Shown: positions 41,321-52,731, counted from the stretch's first letter. The stretch is 64,000 nucleotides of DNA from an uncultured Acidobacteriota bacterium (GCA_963748145.1 CAVVHR010000008.1:40695-104694), one strand, 5' to 3'. The notes: a model not told the origin generated them from the letters alone. A program made the numbers and translations.

Positions 41321-41857
41321 CTAAACGAACTGGGCACATCGCGCTTTCGCGCCGGGAGCCGCAGACTCTCGTTCGAGTGCTGCGGGTTCGGTTGCGTCGT
41401 TGATGAAATACATCCGCGTGTTGTCAACGACTTGAGTTCGGATTTCGTGTGTCCACAGCAGCAGGTTGGCCAGCGCGTCGCCGATTTCATCCTTGCCTAA
41501 CTTCGTTTCCTGCGCGATCTCGCGCTGCGTTCGCGAGCCTCTGCGAATGGCATCGCGTACGCGTTCGACGGGCGACAACTTGCTCAACGACTTGGCGGTG
41601 TAGTGCGCGCCGTTTGATGGATCGCCGTTGAGCAGTTCGGTAATTTCGACTTGCTGTGAAATGTATCGCTTGCGCGCTGACTTGTACTCCTTCAAAGCGC
41701 GTCTGCTCTGGGTCACTTTCTGACGAATACAACTCTTGCAATACAGGTTGCGACCGTCTTTTCGTGCACGACAAATCCCGAACTCTGAAATTGGAAGTTC
41801 TAAAGAACAAATTGGGCAATGTTTGACGTTGGGGGGTAACTCGATCTCCTGTTTCAT
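41321..41857 (-). CDS. Hypothetical protein with an N-terminal CxxC...CxxC zinc ribbon and a C-terminal HTH-like region
   Basis: CPICSLELPISEFGICRARKDGRNLYCKSC, followed by RGSRTQREIAQETKLGKDEIGDALANLL. It borders the AT-rich islet. Confidence 0.5.
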   Translation of the reverse strand: MKQEIELPPNVKHCPICSLELPISEFGICRARKDGRNLYCKSCIRQKVTQSRRALKEYKSARKRYISQQVEITELLNGDPSNGAHYTAKSLSKLSPVERVRDAIRRGSRTQREIAQETKLGKDEIGDALANLLLWTHEIRTQVVDNTRMYFINDATEPAALERESAAPGAKARCAQFV

Positions 41858-42244
41858 TTCCGCTCCACTGGGCATTCAAAATCAAGCTGCGATCCGTATC
41901 GCAAACACAGTTCACCGCTGCCGGAACCTAAACCTAAACCGGCCAGGACATCCCTCTGATTGGAATTATTTTTTGGCGAAGGAGCCTAAAGGGCGATCGC
42001 CGGATTGCCTCACGCAACTATCGCACGAAGTCGCGCCCCACTACTCTTCCTGTATTTGAAGTTCGAAGAAGGTCCCACCGCGCTGCGAAGAAAGAGATGA
42101 GTTGCTTAGCAAACCTTCACACGAATCAAAACAGGGTCGCTGATCAAGAACTTGTATGGCAATCAAATTGTTCAGCGAGGGAATCGCATTATAGTGATCG
42201 AAACTTTTTTTGCAATACCTTTTTCGGATTTGTTTCAGGTGAAA

Positions 42245-42604
42245 TCAACATCGAATTTTTTCTGCGATCGAAGGATCTACAAACGTCGATTTCGAGAATG
42301 CAAACAACTCAAACGCGTGAGGATACATGATCGCATCATCCAAATTCTCACGATCGTTTTTATGTCTTAATTGTCGCAAACGCGACGATGCGACTGTCGG
42401 AATCCTTAGCAAATTCGACGTGCGTGCGATCTCCAAAAAAGCGTTCGCCGTCTGTTTGGCGCATTGCTTCGTATGCGTTTTTGATGGTCCCACAATTAGT
42501 AGATCGAGCTTGAGTTGCTCAATTTCTTGCATCAGGTTCACAACATTTGTTGTTGGACCACGTGTGCAGTAATCGCATGCCGTTGAAAGAGTCAACACGT
42601 TCAT
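42245..42604 (-). CDS. Hypothetical protein in the AT-rich islet
   Basis: Open frame from ATG 42604 (MNVLTLSTACDYC...). No recognised domain. Local GC is clearly lower than in the flanks. Confidence 0.3.
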   Translation of the reverse strand: MNVLTLSTACDYCTRGPTTNVVNLMQEIEQLKLDLLIVGPSKTHTKQCAKQTANAFLEIARTSNLLRIPTVASSRLRQLRHKNDRENLDDAIMYPHAFELFAFSKSTFVDPSIAEKIRC

Positions 42605-42739
42605 GCGTAAAGCTTTTTTGTCGCGCCGCTCACGTGTGCAAAATGTTCTAAGTGTGCGTTTGTAACAGCTTTGTAAAACTCGGGTATCTGATTTCCACAA
42701 AGATTTCCTCAGAATCTGTGGAAAACTTTTCTTTCAAAT

Positions 42740-43147
42740 CTAACCGCGGTCTTTTAATCGAATGACGAACTTCAGTCCCGACCAGACGTCGTCGATGGCG
42801 CAGATCTTTACGTCAACCAATCCGCTGTCAAGTCCAATGCGTTGCACGCGGTCGAATGAAAGATCGGTTGCGACGCCGGAACTCTTCTTAGGCCACGCGA
42901 CCCAGATCATGCCGTTGCTCGCCAGCTTCTTCGCGAGTTTCTCGAAGTCGCGAATCAGCGCACGTTCGTTCAATACGAACAAGAGCACGATGTCGAGTGG
43001 TTTTGTGACGCGCGTCACGATCTCAGCGTTCAGAGGAAGTTCACCTAACGCACGCGCGAAGTCTTTCGGCGCGTTAATCAATGCAATGCGCGAGGCCTCT
43101 TTGATTCCGAGTTTCTTTGGTAGTGGAGTGGATGAGTATCCGGCCAT
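42740..43147 (-). CDS. DUF3052 family protein
   Basis: GYSSTPLPKKLGIKE...ALINAP...MIWVAWPKK...DLSFDRV, typical DUF3052. Confidence 0.8.
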   Translation of the reverse strand: MAGYSSTPLPKKLGIKEASRIALINAPKDFARALGELPLNAEIVTRVTKPLDIVLLFVLNERALIRDFEKLAKKLASNGMIWVAWPKKSSGVATDLSFDRVQRIGLDSGLVDVKICAIDDVWSGLKFVIRLKDRG

Positions 43148-43153
43148 TGATCT

Positions 43154-44641
43154 TTACCAGAGTCCGAGGATTTTCCACCATGTAAAGCCAACGATGCTCC
43201 AGATCAGGATGGTGACGACTGAAGTCATCAATCCGAGTGTCCACCACGAGCGTTGGCTGGTGTAGCCTGCGCCGAAGTAGATCGGCGCCGGTGTCGTTCC
43301 GTAATGCGTCAGCGATGCGCCGAGGTTTGAAAAATAGGCCAACGACAGGACGGCCAGATACGCGGGCGCGCCTGCGGCCAGAATCACGATGAGAAACGGC
43401 ACGAACATCGCCGTGGCGTGCGCTGTGATGCTCGCAAACACGTAATGAGCGTAGAAATAAATCAACAGCAGCACAGCCAACGCCAGCCACCATTGCCAGC
43501 CTGTCGTCAGTCCTGCCGCCGCTTCGGCGAACCGCTTCGTTAATCCCGTCTGACCCAGCGCTTCAGCCATGCGAATCAAGCCGCCATACCAGATGAATAC
43601 GGCCCATGCCGCCTTTTCGCTGATGAGGTCTTCCCAGTCGAGCACGCCGGTTACTAAAAGCACGCTGATGCCCACCATCGCGACGACGGCGTAGTCGATG
43701 CCGTGCAGCTTGGTTGTTATCCACAGGATTGCGACGAGACCAAAGACCATCAGCATCAACCGTTCGGACCACTTCATCGGTCCCATCTGCTTCAATTCTT
43801 TCGAGGCAAACTCGCTCGCGGCGGGTGTGTGTTTGATCTCGGGCGGGAAGACTCGATACAGCAACCATGGAACAACCAGTAGACTGAGCAGCGCCGGAAC
43901 TATCGAGCCTATCGCCCAGCGTGCGTACGTGATCTCGATTCCGGTTACTTCCTTTGCGAATCGCGCGATGATTGGGTTCGATGCCTGGCCTGTCAAAAAC
44001 ATCGCGCAAACGATGACGTTACATTGGTACACACTGGTCATCAGAAACGCACCGAGCCGGCGTGCCGTTGGACCGGGGCGCGACTCGTACGCTTCCGCAA
44101 GACTCTTCGCAATCGGAAAGATAATTCCACCTGAACGTGCGCCGGTGGAAGGGATGACCGTCGCAAGCACCGTCTCCGTCGAGCCGAGTGCGTATGCCAG
44201 TCCGAGTGAATGACGTCCGATCGCCTTGATGAAAAGAAAGGCGATGCGGCGTCCCAGTCCGGTCTTGATCATGCCGCGCGAGATGAAGAACGCGGCGAGC
44301 ACGAGCCAAACGACGGGATCGGCGTAGCCCGTGAGGGCGTCTTTAATCTCCATCACGCGGAAGAGCGCAAGAGCAGTCACGCCGAGAAGGACGATCGCGG
44401 CGCCGGGAATCGGTTGCACGATCGATCCGGTGATCGTCGCCGCGAAGATCGCGAGCAGGCGCCAGGATGGCGGCGAGATGTTTTCCGGCGGTGGAATCAG
44501 CAGAATTCCACCGGCGACGAACAACACAATCGCCCATCTGAGTAATCTATTCTTCCAGGTGATCTGATCGAGGGATGCTTCGGTTTCGGGTCTGTCCATA
44601 GGTTGAACGGATGTTGTGTGTAGAGTTCGACTCCGCGACAA
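43154..44641 (-). CDS. DASS family (SLC13/CitT-like) anion:sodium symporter
   Basis: 495 aa, poly-topic, with repeated hairpin-type motifs (TGARSGGIIFPI, SLTHYGTTPAPIYFG). The start may instead be Met15 (44599). Confidence 0.8.
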   Translation of the reverse strand: MSRSRTLHTTSVQPMDRPETEASLDQITWKNRLLRWAIVLFVAGGILLIPPPENISPPSWRLLAIFAATITGSIVQPIPGAAIVLLGVTALALFRVMEIKDALTGYADPVVWLVLAAFFISRGMIKTGLGRRIAFLFIKAIGRHSLGLAYALGSTETVLATVIPSTGARSGGIIFPIAKSLAEAYESRPGPTARRLGAFLMTSVYQCNVIVCAMFLTGQASNPIIARFAKEVTGIEITYARWAIGSIVPALLSLLVVPWLLYRVFPPEIKHTPAASEFASKELKQMGPMKWSERLMLMVFGLVAILWITTKLHGIDYAVVAMVGISVLLVTGVLDWEDLISEKAAWAVFIWYGGLIRMAEALGQTGLTKRFAEAAAGLTTGWQWWLALAVLLLIYFYAHYVFASITAHATAMFVPFLIVILAAGAPAYLAVLSLAYFSNLGASLTHYGTTPAPIYFGAGYTSQRSWWTLGLMTSVVTILIWSIVGFTWWKILGLW

Positions 44642-44673
44642 ATGGGCGTATTCTAATGGCAGAGGTGGGAAAA

Positions 44674-45636
44674 ATGGCGGAAAAGATCGAGGAAGACAAA
44701 ATCACGGACCAGGAGACGTTCCTGAATCGCAGGTCATTCATGCGCGTAGCAGCGCTCGCAGGGACCGCAACCGCCACGACGCTCTTGTATCGTCGACTAA
44801 ACCCGCCGCCGCCCGTTCCCGTCGAAGGCGAAAAGCTCAACGACGTTGCCAAGGCAGCGAATGACGCAAACGGCTTCACTACAGATGAGCGTTTGACGCC
44901 GATTGAATCGATCACGAATTACAACAACTTCTACGAATTCTCTACGGCGAAGGACGGCGTCGCTCCAGCGGCGAAAGGCTTTGTAACACGGCCGTGGGCC
45001 GTCGCGGTGGAAGGTTTGGTCCATAAGCCGAAGGTTTTTGATATCGACGAGTTGTTGAAGTTTCCGCTCGAGGAGCGAGTCTACCGGTTGCGATGCGTGG
45101 AAGGCTGGTCGATGGTGATTCCGTGGATCGGGTTTCCGTTGCACAAATTGCTGGAGAAGGTTGAGCCGACAGCGCAGGCGCGTTACGTCGCGTTTCAGAC
45201 TCTTCTGGATCCGAGGCGAATGCCCAACCAGGAAACCGGCGTGCTCGAGTGGCCTTACGTCGAGGGGCTGCGTCTGGACGAGGCGATGCACCCGCTGACG
45301 ATCCTCGCGACCGGTTTGTATGGCGAAACGTTGCCGCCACAGAACGGAGCGCCAGTGCGCTTGGTCGTGCCGTGGAAATATGGATTCAAGAGCATCAAGT
45401 CGGTCGTGAAGATCACGCTGGTCGCAGATGAACCGCCGACGACGTGGAACATACAGGCGCCGCACGAATACGGTTTTTATTCGAATGTGAACCCGAGTGT
45501 GCGGCATCCCCGTTGGAGCCAGGCGACCGAGCAACGCATCGGCGAGTGGGGCCGGCGCAAGACGCTGCTGTTCAACGGATACGCCGATCAGGTGGCCCAT
45601 CTGTATCAGGGAATGGATCTGGTGAGGAACTTCTGA
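44674..45636 (+). CDS. msrP: Protein-methionine-sulfoxide reductase catalytic subunit MsrP (YedY), molybdopterin enzyme with a Tat signal
   Basis: Twin-arginine motif NRRSFMRVAA, then NNFYEFS...YRLRCVEGWSMVIPWIGFPL. Confidence 0.9.
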   Translation: MAEKIEEDKITDQETFLNRRSFMRVAALAGTATATTLLYRRLNPPPPVPVEGEKLNDVAKAANDANGFTTDERLTPIESITNYNNFYEFSTAKDGVAPAAKGFVTRPWAVAVEGLVHKPKVFDIDELLKFPLEERVYRLRCVEGWSMVIPWIGFPLHKLLEKVEPTAQARYVAFQTLLDPRRMPNQETGVLEWPYVEGLRLDEAMHPLTILATGLYGETLPPQNGAPVRLVVPWKYGFKSIKSVVKITLVADEPPTTWNIQAPHEYGFYSNVNPSVRHPRWSQATEQRIGEWGRRKTLLFNGYADQVAHLYQGMDLVRNF

Positions 45637-45639
45637 CGC

Positions 45640-46236
45640 GTGAAGATCTCGTTTCCAAAATTTCTCGTGTTTTTGAACTCGCTGATTCCGCTCGCGTTGC
45701 TGGCGTGGGATCTGTATCGCAAGCAAGTCGGGCCGAATCCGGTCGAATTCGCCACCAGGACGACGGGAATACTGACGCTCGTCTTTCTTAGTTTGACCGT
45801 CGCGATCACGCCGCTGAGACGAATCTTCGGCATCAACTCGCTCGTGAAGGTTCGCCGCATGCTCGGGTTGTTTGCTTTCTTCTACGGCTCGCTGCACCTG
45901 CTCACGTACATCTGGTTCGATCGACTTTGGAGTCTTGCCAGTGTCGCCAGTGACGTCGTGCAGCGTCCTTTCATTCTCGTGGGCATGACGGCTTTTCTGC
46001 TGATGGTGCCGCTGGCGATTACGTCAACCAACAAAATGGTAAAACGAATTGGCGGCAAGCGTTGGGCGAAGCTTCATCGACTGGTCTATCTGGCGGCGAT
46101 CGCCGGCGTGGTCCATTTCTGGATGCTGGTGAAGTCTGACATGGGTCTGCCGCTGACCTTTGGGTTTATCATCGTGTTTCTCCTTGGCTATCGACTGTTG
46201 GTAAAGTATTTTCCTTCCGATGTCCCAATCAGTTAA
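45640..46236 (+). CDS. msrQ: MsrQ (YedZ) heme-binding membrane subunit
   Basis: It immediately follows msrP. 198 aa, 6 TM, with conserved His residues (FYGSLHLLTY, AGVVHFWM). Confidence 0.85.
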   Translation: MKISFPKFLVFLNSLIPLALLAWDLYRKQVGPNPVEFATRTTGILTLVFLSLTVAITPLRRIFGINSLVKVRRMLGLFAFFYGSLHLLTYIWFDRLWSLASVASDVVQRPFILVGMTAFLLMVPLAITSTNKMVKRIGGKRWAKLHRLVYLAAIAGVVHFWMLVKSDMGLPLTFGFIIVFLLGYRLLVKYFPSDVPIS

Positions 46237-46987
46237 TCGATTCACAAGCCGCGTCGAAACGTACGCCAAATACCGTCCGGGTTATCCCGTCGAAATCGTC
46301 GATCTACTCACGCGCGAATGCGGTTTGACGCCGGATTCGATCGTTGCCGACGTCGGTTCCGGAACCGGCAAACTCACGGAGCTGTTTTTGAAGAATGGAA
46401 ACGTCGTGTTTGGTGTCGAGCCGAATGGTCCGATGCGCAACGTCGCCGAACAGCTCTTCAAGGACCAGCCGAACTTCCGAAGCATCGACGGCTCGGCGGA
46501 ATTGACGACGTTGCCTGAAGCGAGCGTCGATGTGATTACGGCGGGACAAGCGTTTCATTGGTTCGATCCGCCGAAGACGCGAGACGAGTGGGTGCGCATT
46601 CTGAAGCCGGGCGGTTGGGCCGTGCTGATCTGGAACGAAAGGGAGTTGCAGACCACGCCGTTTCTCAACGACTACGAACAGCTCATGCTTGAATTCGGCA
46701 CCGACTACAAAGAAGTCAGACACGAGAACGCCGAAGCCGCCATTGAAGGTTTCTTTGCGCCTGACGACTTCTTTCTGCGAAGTTTCCCCAACACGCAGGT
46801 GTTCGACTACGACGGCTTGAACGGCCGCGTGCGCTCTTCGTCATACACACCCGAGCCGGACCACCCCAACTTCGATCCGATGATGCGCCAACTGAAGACA
46901 ATCTTTGACAAGTATCAAAAAAACGGCTATGTCAATTTTGATTACGAGACGAAGGTCTTCTATGGCCATCTCTCGACGACTTCGTAA
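46220..46987 (+). CDS. Class I SAM-dependent methyltransferase
   Basis: Motif I VADVGSGTGKLT, and AGQAFHWF. Confidence 0.8.
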   Translation: MSQSVNRFTSRVETYAKYRPGYPVEIVDLLTRECGLTPDSIVADVGSGTGKLTELFLKNGNVVFGVEPNGPMRNVAEQLFKDQPNFRSIDGSAELTTLPEASVDVITAGQAFHWFDPPKTRDEWVRILKPGGWAVLIWNERELQTTPFLNDYEQLMLEFGTDYKEVRHENAEAAIEGFFAPDDFFLRSFPNTQVFDYDGLNGRVRSSSYTPEPDHPNFDPMMRQLKTIFDKYQKNGYVNFDYETKVFYGHLSTTS

Positions 46988-47004
46988 CGCGAAAGGTCCG
47001 CCTG

Positions 47005-47313
47005 ATGCGTGATGAGCGCCGCCGCAACCAGCGACAGAAAGTTCTTCTCGAAGCGCGATGGGAGAGCCTGTCGTCGCGACATGAGGCGCGCGTGGACGAC
47101 GTCAGCTTGAGTGGTTGTTTCGTGAATACGTATTGGCCGGTAGCAGTTGGCGAACACATCGAGCTGCAGATCCTGCGTCGATCCGGCGAATGGCTGTCGC
47201 TGAAAGGTTACGTTGCCACGTACCAACATGGCGTTGGGTTTGGTCTTGCTTTTACAGCTTTGAGTGAAACGAACAAAAGGGCGTTGGAGGATATGATTGC
47301 AACCGGCGGGTGA
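47005..47313 (+). CDS. PilZ domain protein
   Basis: RRNQRQKV...DVSLSGCFV, an RxxxR / D-x-S-x-x-G pattern. Confidence 0.7.
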   Translation: MRDERRRNQRQKVLLEARWESLSSRHEARVDDVSLSGCFVNTYWPVAVGEHIELQILRRSGEWLSLKGYVATYQHGVGFGLAFTALSETNKRALEDMIATGG

Positions 47314-47318
47314 GTTCG

Positions 47319-48996
47319 CTAGTGCTTGTGCTTTCGTCGCTTTTCGTCGTAGAAGACGATGCTGAAAATGAGCATCCCTCCTGCCGCAGCCGCGAGTAGA
47401 AACAGGATCATCGCCAATCCCGGATAGCCCCAGATTCGAAACGACGTCTCAACCCGCATCAATAACGCCGCTCCGACGATCAGAGCAGCGACGACGAGTC
47501 CCAGCGTAATCCGGTTCGCTACCTTCTGCAGTCCTTCCAAAACAACTTTCTCGTCAATAGCGTCGACTCCGATGCGAATCTGGTTGTTCCCGACTGCGTC
47601 GAGAATCTTATTGACGCGCCGCGGAAAGGTTTCGGCAAACTCTTTCAGATCCACGACACCGGCCAGCAGATTCGGCAGGCGCCATGCTTTTGACGATGTT
47701 GCGTTGCAGTATCTCGTTGGACTGTTCGCGGATGATGGCGTTGGGATCGAAGGTCGAATCGAGCGTGTAGACCACACGATCGAGATTCAACAACGCCTTC
47801 GCGATCATCGTGAATTCGGCCGGCAAGCGGAACCAGCAATCGGCGGAGATGCGCGTGATCTCGAGCGTGACTTTGCCTGCGTTGAGCTTGCTCAAAACGG
47901 CGTCGGAATTCTCGGCGACTAGATCGGTGATTCGTCTTTCAAAACTCTGGCGATCGAAGTTCTCCTTCGGCTCGCCCATCTTGATCGCAGCTTCCGCAGC
48001 AACCTCGCCGCGGCCTTCGCTGATCGCCAGCAGTAGTCGCAGCAGATTGTCCTGGAACTTTTGCGTCACGCGTCCGACCATGCCGAGGTCGATCAGTGCG
48101 ATGCGATCGTCGTCCATCAGAAAAACGTTTCCGGGATGCGGATCGGCGTGAAATATTCCGTCGACGAGAAACTGTTTGAGATACGCGCTGAACAACTCGT
48201 CGGCGAGCAGACTGCCGTCGATCTCGAGCAGTCGTAGTGGATTGAGCGCGGTGATCTTCTTTCCCGCGATGTACTCCATCGTCAGGATGCGCGTGGTGCT
48301 GTAGTCGTCGATTGGTTCGGGAATGACGATGTTGTCAAACTCGGCGAGGTTCTGCGCGATGGTGTGGAGATTGTTGGCTTCGATCGTGAAGTCGAGCTCG
48401 CGCAAAAGGCTCTTGCGCAGGTTGACGAGCATGTTGTCGAACTCGTAGCGCTTGCCGAGTTCGGTGTGCTCGTCGAGGAAATGCGCGATTTCGCCGAGCG
48501 CTTCGAGGTCGCCGACGATGAGTTCGCGAATGTCGGGTCGTTGAACTTTGACTACGACTGCGCGGCCGTCGCGCATGTACGCGCGGTGCACCTGCGACAG
48601 TGAGGCTGCGGCCAACGGCACGGGATCGAAGTCGGTGAATGCCTTGGAAATGCGAACGCCGAGCTCGCCTGAAACGATCCGCTCGACCTCTTCATACGGG
48701 AATGGTTCGATCTGGTCCTGTAGACGTTCGAGCGCGTCGAGGTATGGACCGGGCAGAAGATCCGCGCGCGTGGAGAGCAGTTGGCCCAGTTTGATGAATG
48801 TTGGACCGAGTCGTTCGAGGTCCTTGGCGAGCTCTTCAGCCGGAGCAGCAGCGCCTGCTTCTTCGGCAATCTCATCCGGAAGTACGCTGTCTTCCAGGCC
48901 GGCCGCGCTGATCAGGTCCGACCGGCCGTACTTGATTAGAAGTTTGGCAACATCCTTGTATCGTTTGAGTCGTTCAGGTTTCAGCGAAACTACCAT
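47319..48996 (-). CDS. ABC1/UbiB (AarF) family atypical kinase, frameshift in an A-run near 47690
   Basis: The ABC1 motifs are FIKLGQLLSTRADLLP, AAASLSQVHRA and HADPHPGNVF. The C-terminal TM part is in ORF 47319..47777. The junction is NIVK(S)/KAWRLPNLLAG at AAAA. Confidence 0.85.
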
Positions 48997-49021
48997 GGCC
49001 CGATTATCCTGATGATCTGTG

Positions 49022-50576
49022 TCACTTCGGTGTCGCTGCGGCCCGATCGATTGCGGCCTTTAGACCTTCCGGGCTCAGATTCCTCAACTGGACACCGTTC
49101 ACGAAAACTGTGGGGGTGACGCCGACGCCGTACATCTCTCCGTCTTCGATGTCGCGCTTGACCTCGGCTTGGTATACGCCGCGATCGAGCGCTGCGTCGA
49201 AGCGCGCGCGGTCCAATCCGATTTCGCTCGCGTATTTTTTGAGCGATGGGACATCGAGTGCGTTTTGGCGCTTGAAGAGTATTGCGATGTATTCAAAAAA
49301 CTTGCCTTGTGCGTTGGCGGCGTTTGCCGCTTCGGCTGCCTTGCGCGCGTTCTCGTGCCGGTTCAAGGGGAAAGTCTCTGACTACGAACCGCACCTTGTC
49401 GCCGTACGACTTCAAGACCTCTTCAATCACGGGATGCATCGCCGCGCATGCCGGACATTGGAAGTCGGTGAACTCGACGATCGTTACCGGCGCATTGGCT
49501 GGCCCCTTGGCGGGATCGTCGTCGACGCTGATGTTCTGTACTGGTTGCGGAGGTTCGGTGATCAGCCAGCGAATGTTCGCGTTTTTCTGCAGACGCGCTG
49601 AGAGTTCGTCTTCGAGGCGATTGCGGGTTTGTTCCTGCAGGTAAGTCGCTATCTGGTTGCGCAAGCTGTTCAGGTCGCCGTTGATGCGCGCCTTGTTGTC
49701 TTCGTAGAACTTGGTAACTTCTGCGTCGGTTGGCGGACGAACTTTGTCGCTGACTTCCTTGCGAATGATCTCTTCTGGTCCAATCTGACGTCGTCTTGCT
49801 TCGTCGAGCAGCAGCATGTTGTTGACTGTCTGTTCAGCCTGCTGTCTCATGAGTTCGTAAGCCTGGATTCGCATCTGGTAGACGACGGGTTTGAATCGTT
49901 CGTTGATGACGCCTGCTTTTAAGGGTTGACCGCCGATGGTTGCGACGACTGCTTCGTTGTTCAGGTTTGGAGTATTGACGTCGACTCCCATTACGACGGG
50001 AATCGTTTTTCGCAAACGGGTGACGAGGTCGTCAGCAAGTTTGCCTCGGATTCGGCTTGCAGGTATGCCGCGGCTTGTTGATTCGCAGTTGCGGGATCAG
50101 TGCCTTGGAACTGCGCGCCTTGTGCGTTGATGAGTGTCTTGATCTGCGCGGCAGTGGGGACAGGGATGCGTTTCGTTACTTCAGTTTCGTAGAGACGGTG
50201 CGTGTCGATCCGGCGACGGTTTGCTTCTACCTGCAAGAGGATCGTGTTGATTTGCAGATCGAGGATCTCGCGTTTCGCTGCGACGATCTTTTCTTCGACC
50301 TGATCGAGTTGTTGTCGCACGTTGGGATCGAGATCTGCGGTGCTTATTGTTTGGCCGTTTAGTTCGACGACATTGATGGGGGCTGATGGGGGCCGCGGTG
50401 TTGTGACTGGCGGCGCTGTTGGTTGTGGTTGGGCGGCGCGCCGGTTCGGGTTTTGGCGTCGCGGCTGTTGTGGGCGCCTTTCGCGGGGTTGTTCCGCGCC
50501 GTCTGGTTTGGGCGACAGATGAAGTTGAAACCGTGATCAGGAGAACTAAAGAGAGGGCGCCGAGGGCAGTTTTCAT
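49022..50576 (-). pseudogene. Secreted DsbA-family thioredoxin-fold protein with a long N-terminal helical domain; at least 3 frameshifts as assembled
   Basis: Signal peptide MKTALGALSLVLLITVSTSSVAQ, FTDFQCPACAAMHP (CxxC), and C-terminal GVGVTPTVFVNG. ORFs 50181..50630, 49991..50320, 49293..50015 and 49022..49366 are colinear. Confidence 0.7.
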
Positions 50577-50637
50577 ACGAAGCTCGCTGTTTTTGAGCGG
50601 ATGATAGAAGAACTGTTGGTTAGAGCACAAATACAGG

Positions 50638-50671
50638 ATTGGCGCTGCCTTTGGTTAAAAGCAGCGCCAAT
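50638..50671. terminator. Perfect 11-bp stem hairpin (ATTGGCGCTGC / GCAGCGCCAAT, 12-nt loop); weak terminator candidate
   Basis: Seen in sequence between the regulator 3' end and the DsbA-like 5' end. There is no clear U-tract. Confidence 0.3.
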
Positions 50672-50825
50672 GAAATGGAGCATACGGTGACGAAAGAAAC
50701 AAGCAAGCGATTGCGGAGTGATCTTCGGTTCGAGCGATGACTTGGTTGCCGAGTAATACTCCGGTAGCGAACGATGCCGCGCCACCCATGTCTGGTCGCC
50801 GATACTGTGGTAGCGAGTGATTCTC

Positions 50826-52342
50826 CTAGTGGTAACGAATGATGCTTCGCCGCCGGCGTTTGACCGGTGTTCGAATCGATAGGAGATCGCTGTGGCGGCC
50901 GTTCAGAATGAACGCGAGTCCCTGGTGAGTGACACCTAGCAGTCGTGCTGCGCGGGTGACGCTGCCGCCTGAATCTTCGAGAGCTTTGCGGATCAGGTTG
51001 CCTTCGTAGCGAAGCACTTCGGCGTCGAGCGAGAAGCCTGGAGGCATTGATTCTGGCACCGCTGGTCCAGCAGCATTCTCGATTTTCGCCTCGCCACCCG
51101 TCGCCGCCAACACCCGCCTCGCGCATTCGCCCAATCGCATTATGAGACTTCGGTTCTGTGAATGTGAAAGCAACGATTCAGCGGTACGATAATACTCTTC
51201 CAGCGCGTTCACTGATAAGATACATGCTCAATTCTTCAATAGCAGTGACCGCAGCGATGCCGCCACGATCAGGATTGCCAGCATTTTGGGCGATTTCAAT
51301 CGCATGGTCCAACGTGTTCTTGGCTATCGTGACTTTGCTTTAAGTCGCGCGAGAGCTTTTCCATGAGTTGTAAGCGCTTCTGCAAGTAGCGCTTGTTCAC
51401 CGCCTCGCTTCAATGATCGAACCGCAGAACGTGCAGCCTTCTCTGCCTGATCGATATTTTCCTTCGAGCAGGAAGGCTTGTGCTCGGCTATCTTCGGCAC
51501 CTGCGGCACCTCCATGATCGCCAACACTCAAGTGAAGCGAACGCGCCCGTGCCAAGTGTTGCTGAGCTTCGCTAAATCTACCGAGCGTCGCGAAAAGAAA
51601 CCCAACGTTGTTCTCAACACGAGCTTGGAATCGTCGATGTCCGGCCTGTTCGAAGTGATAACTCGCGGCCGTATATTCCAATAATGCTTTGTCAATATAA
51701 TCCTCGCGATTTTCTGACGTTCCCAGACTTCGCAACAGAGTTGCATATGAGTTGTGAAACTTGCCTTTCAGTGCATGATTCGTGCTCAGACTCGAACAGT
51801 GGCGCTGCTTCCATATAGATCCGCAGAGCATCACGATCGCGGGTAGCGGCGCGTTCTCGACGATGGCGCTGTTAGAAAGGGCGCGGAGTCTCTGTTCGCT
51901 CTCGAGTTTCGCCAAAACTATCAAGCACAAATCGCAACGTAACTCGCGCTTCATCGAGTGCGCCTTCACGCCAATAGCAAATTGACAAATCGACTCTAGC
52001 CTCAGCGACTTTTTCCGTCATTCCGAGGGTTTCAAAATTGCCGCACTCTCGCTGATAAGATCTTTTGCGATTTCCTGCGCGCCCGGAATTTGTCTCGCAC
52101 TACCGAGCCATCCGGTCAACGTTCCCGTTCGCAGCAATAATTCAGCTTTTGCTTCATCGTTAAGGCCTTCTGTCTCCGGACGGTGCGGTCAAGCCCTTCC
52201 AAAAAGGTCTGAAGTGTTTCCGCGGCACGTTCAAACTCACCGGCCTCCTCAAGTCCCTTCGCCAACTCGCAAAGCGGAAGCACATTGTCGATGAGCGAAA
52301 TATCGTGGCTTGATTTTCAAAAACGGAAGTCTGCAAATCCAT
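50826..52342 (-). pseudogene. TPR-like repeat regulator with a C-terminal Fis-type HTH, multiple frameshifts as assembled
   Basis: The C-terminus is LRYEGNLIRKALEDSGGSVTRAARLLGVTHQGLAFIL (HTH_8-like). Upstream helical-repeat segments are recovered across three frames (GLNDEAKAELLLRTGTLTGWLGSARQIPGAQEIAKDLISESAAI/FETLGMTEKVAEARVDLSICYWREGALDEARV...). Confidence 0.6.
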
Positions 52343-52488
52343 AAAGGGTCTCCAGTTTTCCCGATAGGCAAGAAACCTTGCAAAGCCTATTCAAGGGACG
52401 GATATTATCATCAACAACCAATTAATCTACTTGGTTACACACACCACTTCACCGGCTTTGACTACAAACATTCTTGAGGAGAAGATCA

Positions 52489-52731
52489 ATGAAACTTGTC
52501 AAAAACTTCGTATTTGCGGTACTGCTTGCTTGCTGCTATCACAGTCAACACATTCGCTGGGGAACAAGACACGCCGGCTTACGTACCACCGCCCACACGC
52601 TCATACTCGTTCCTGAAGATGGAACTTCACCGACTGAGCGATCCTTATTCGAACAGTCTGGAGAAACAACGGCTGAAACGACAGATTACCTGTTTTTCGA
52701 AACGTTGCAGCCCTGCTGTCAGTTGTACTGA
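52489..52731 (+). CDS. Possible small secreted protein (reading frame uncertain)
   Basis: GAGGAG lies 7 nt upstream of ATG 52489, with a signal-like start MKLVKNFVFAVLL. A better cleavage context (AAITVNTFA/GEQDTPAYVPPP) appears in the +1 frame, which suggests an indel. Confidence 0.25.
   Translation: MKLVKNFVFAVLLACCYHSQHIRWGTRHAGLRTTAHTLILVPEDGTSPTERSLFEQSGETTAETTDYLFFETLQPCCQLY

Noticed and set aside
44797-45897. 366-aa minus-strand ORF
   Set aside because: It is antisense to msrP and msrQ, which have unmistakable family motifs. This is a shadow ORF.
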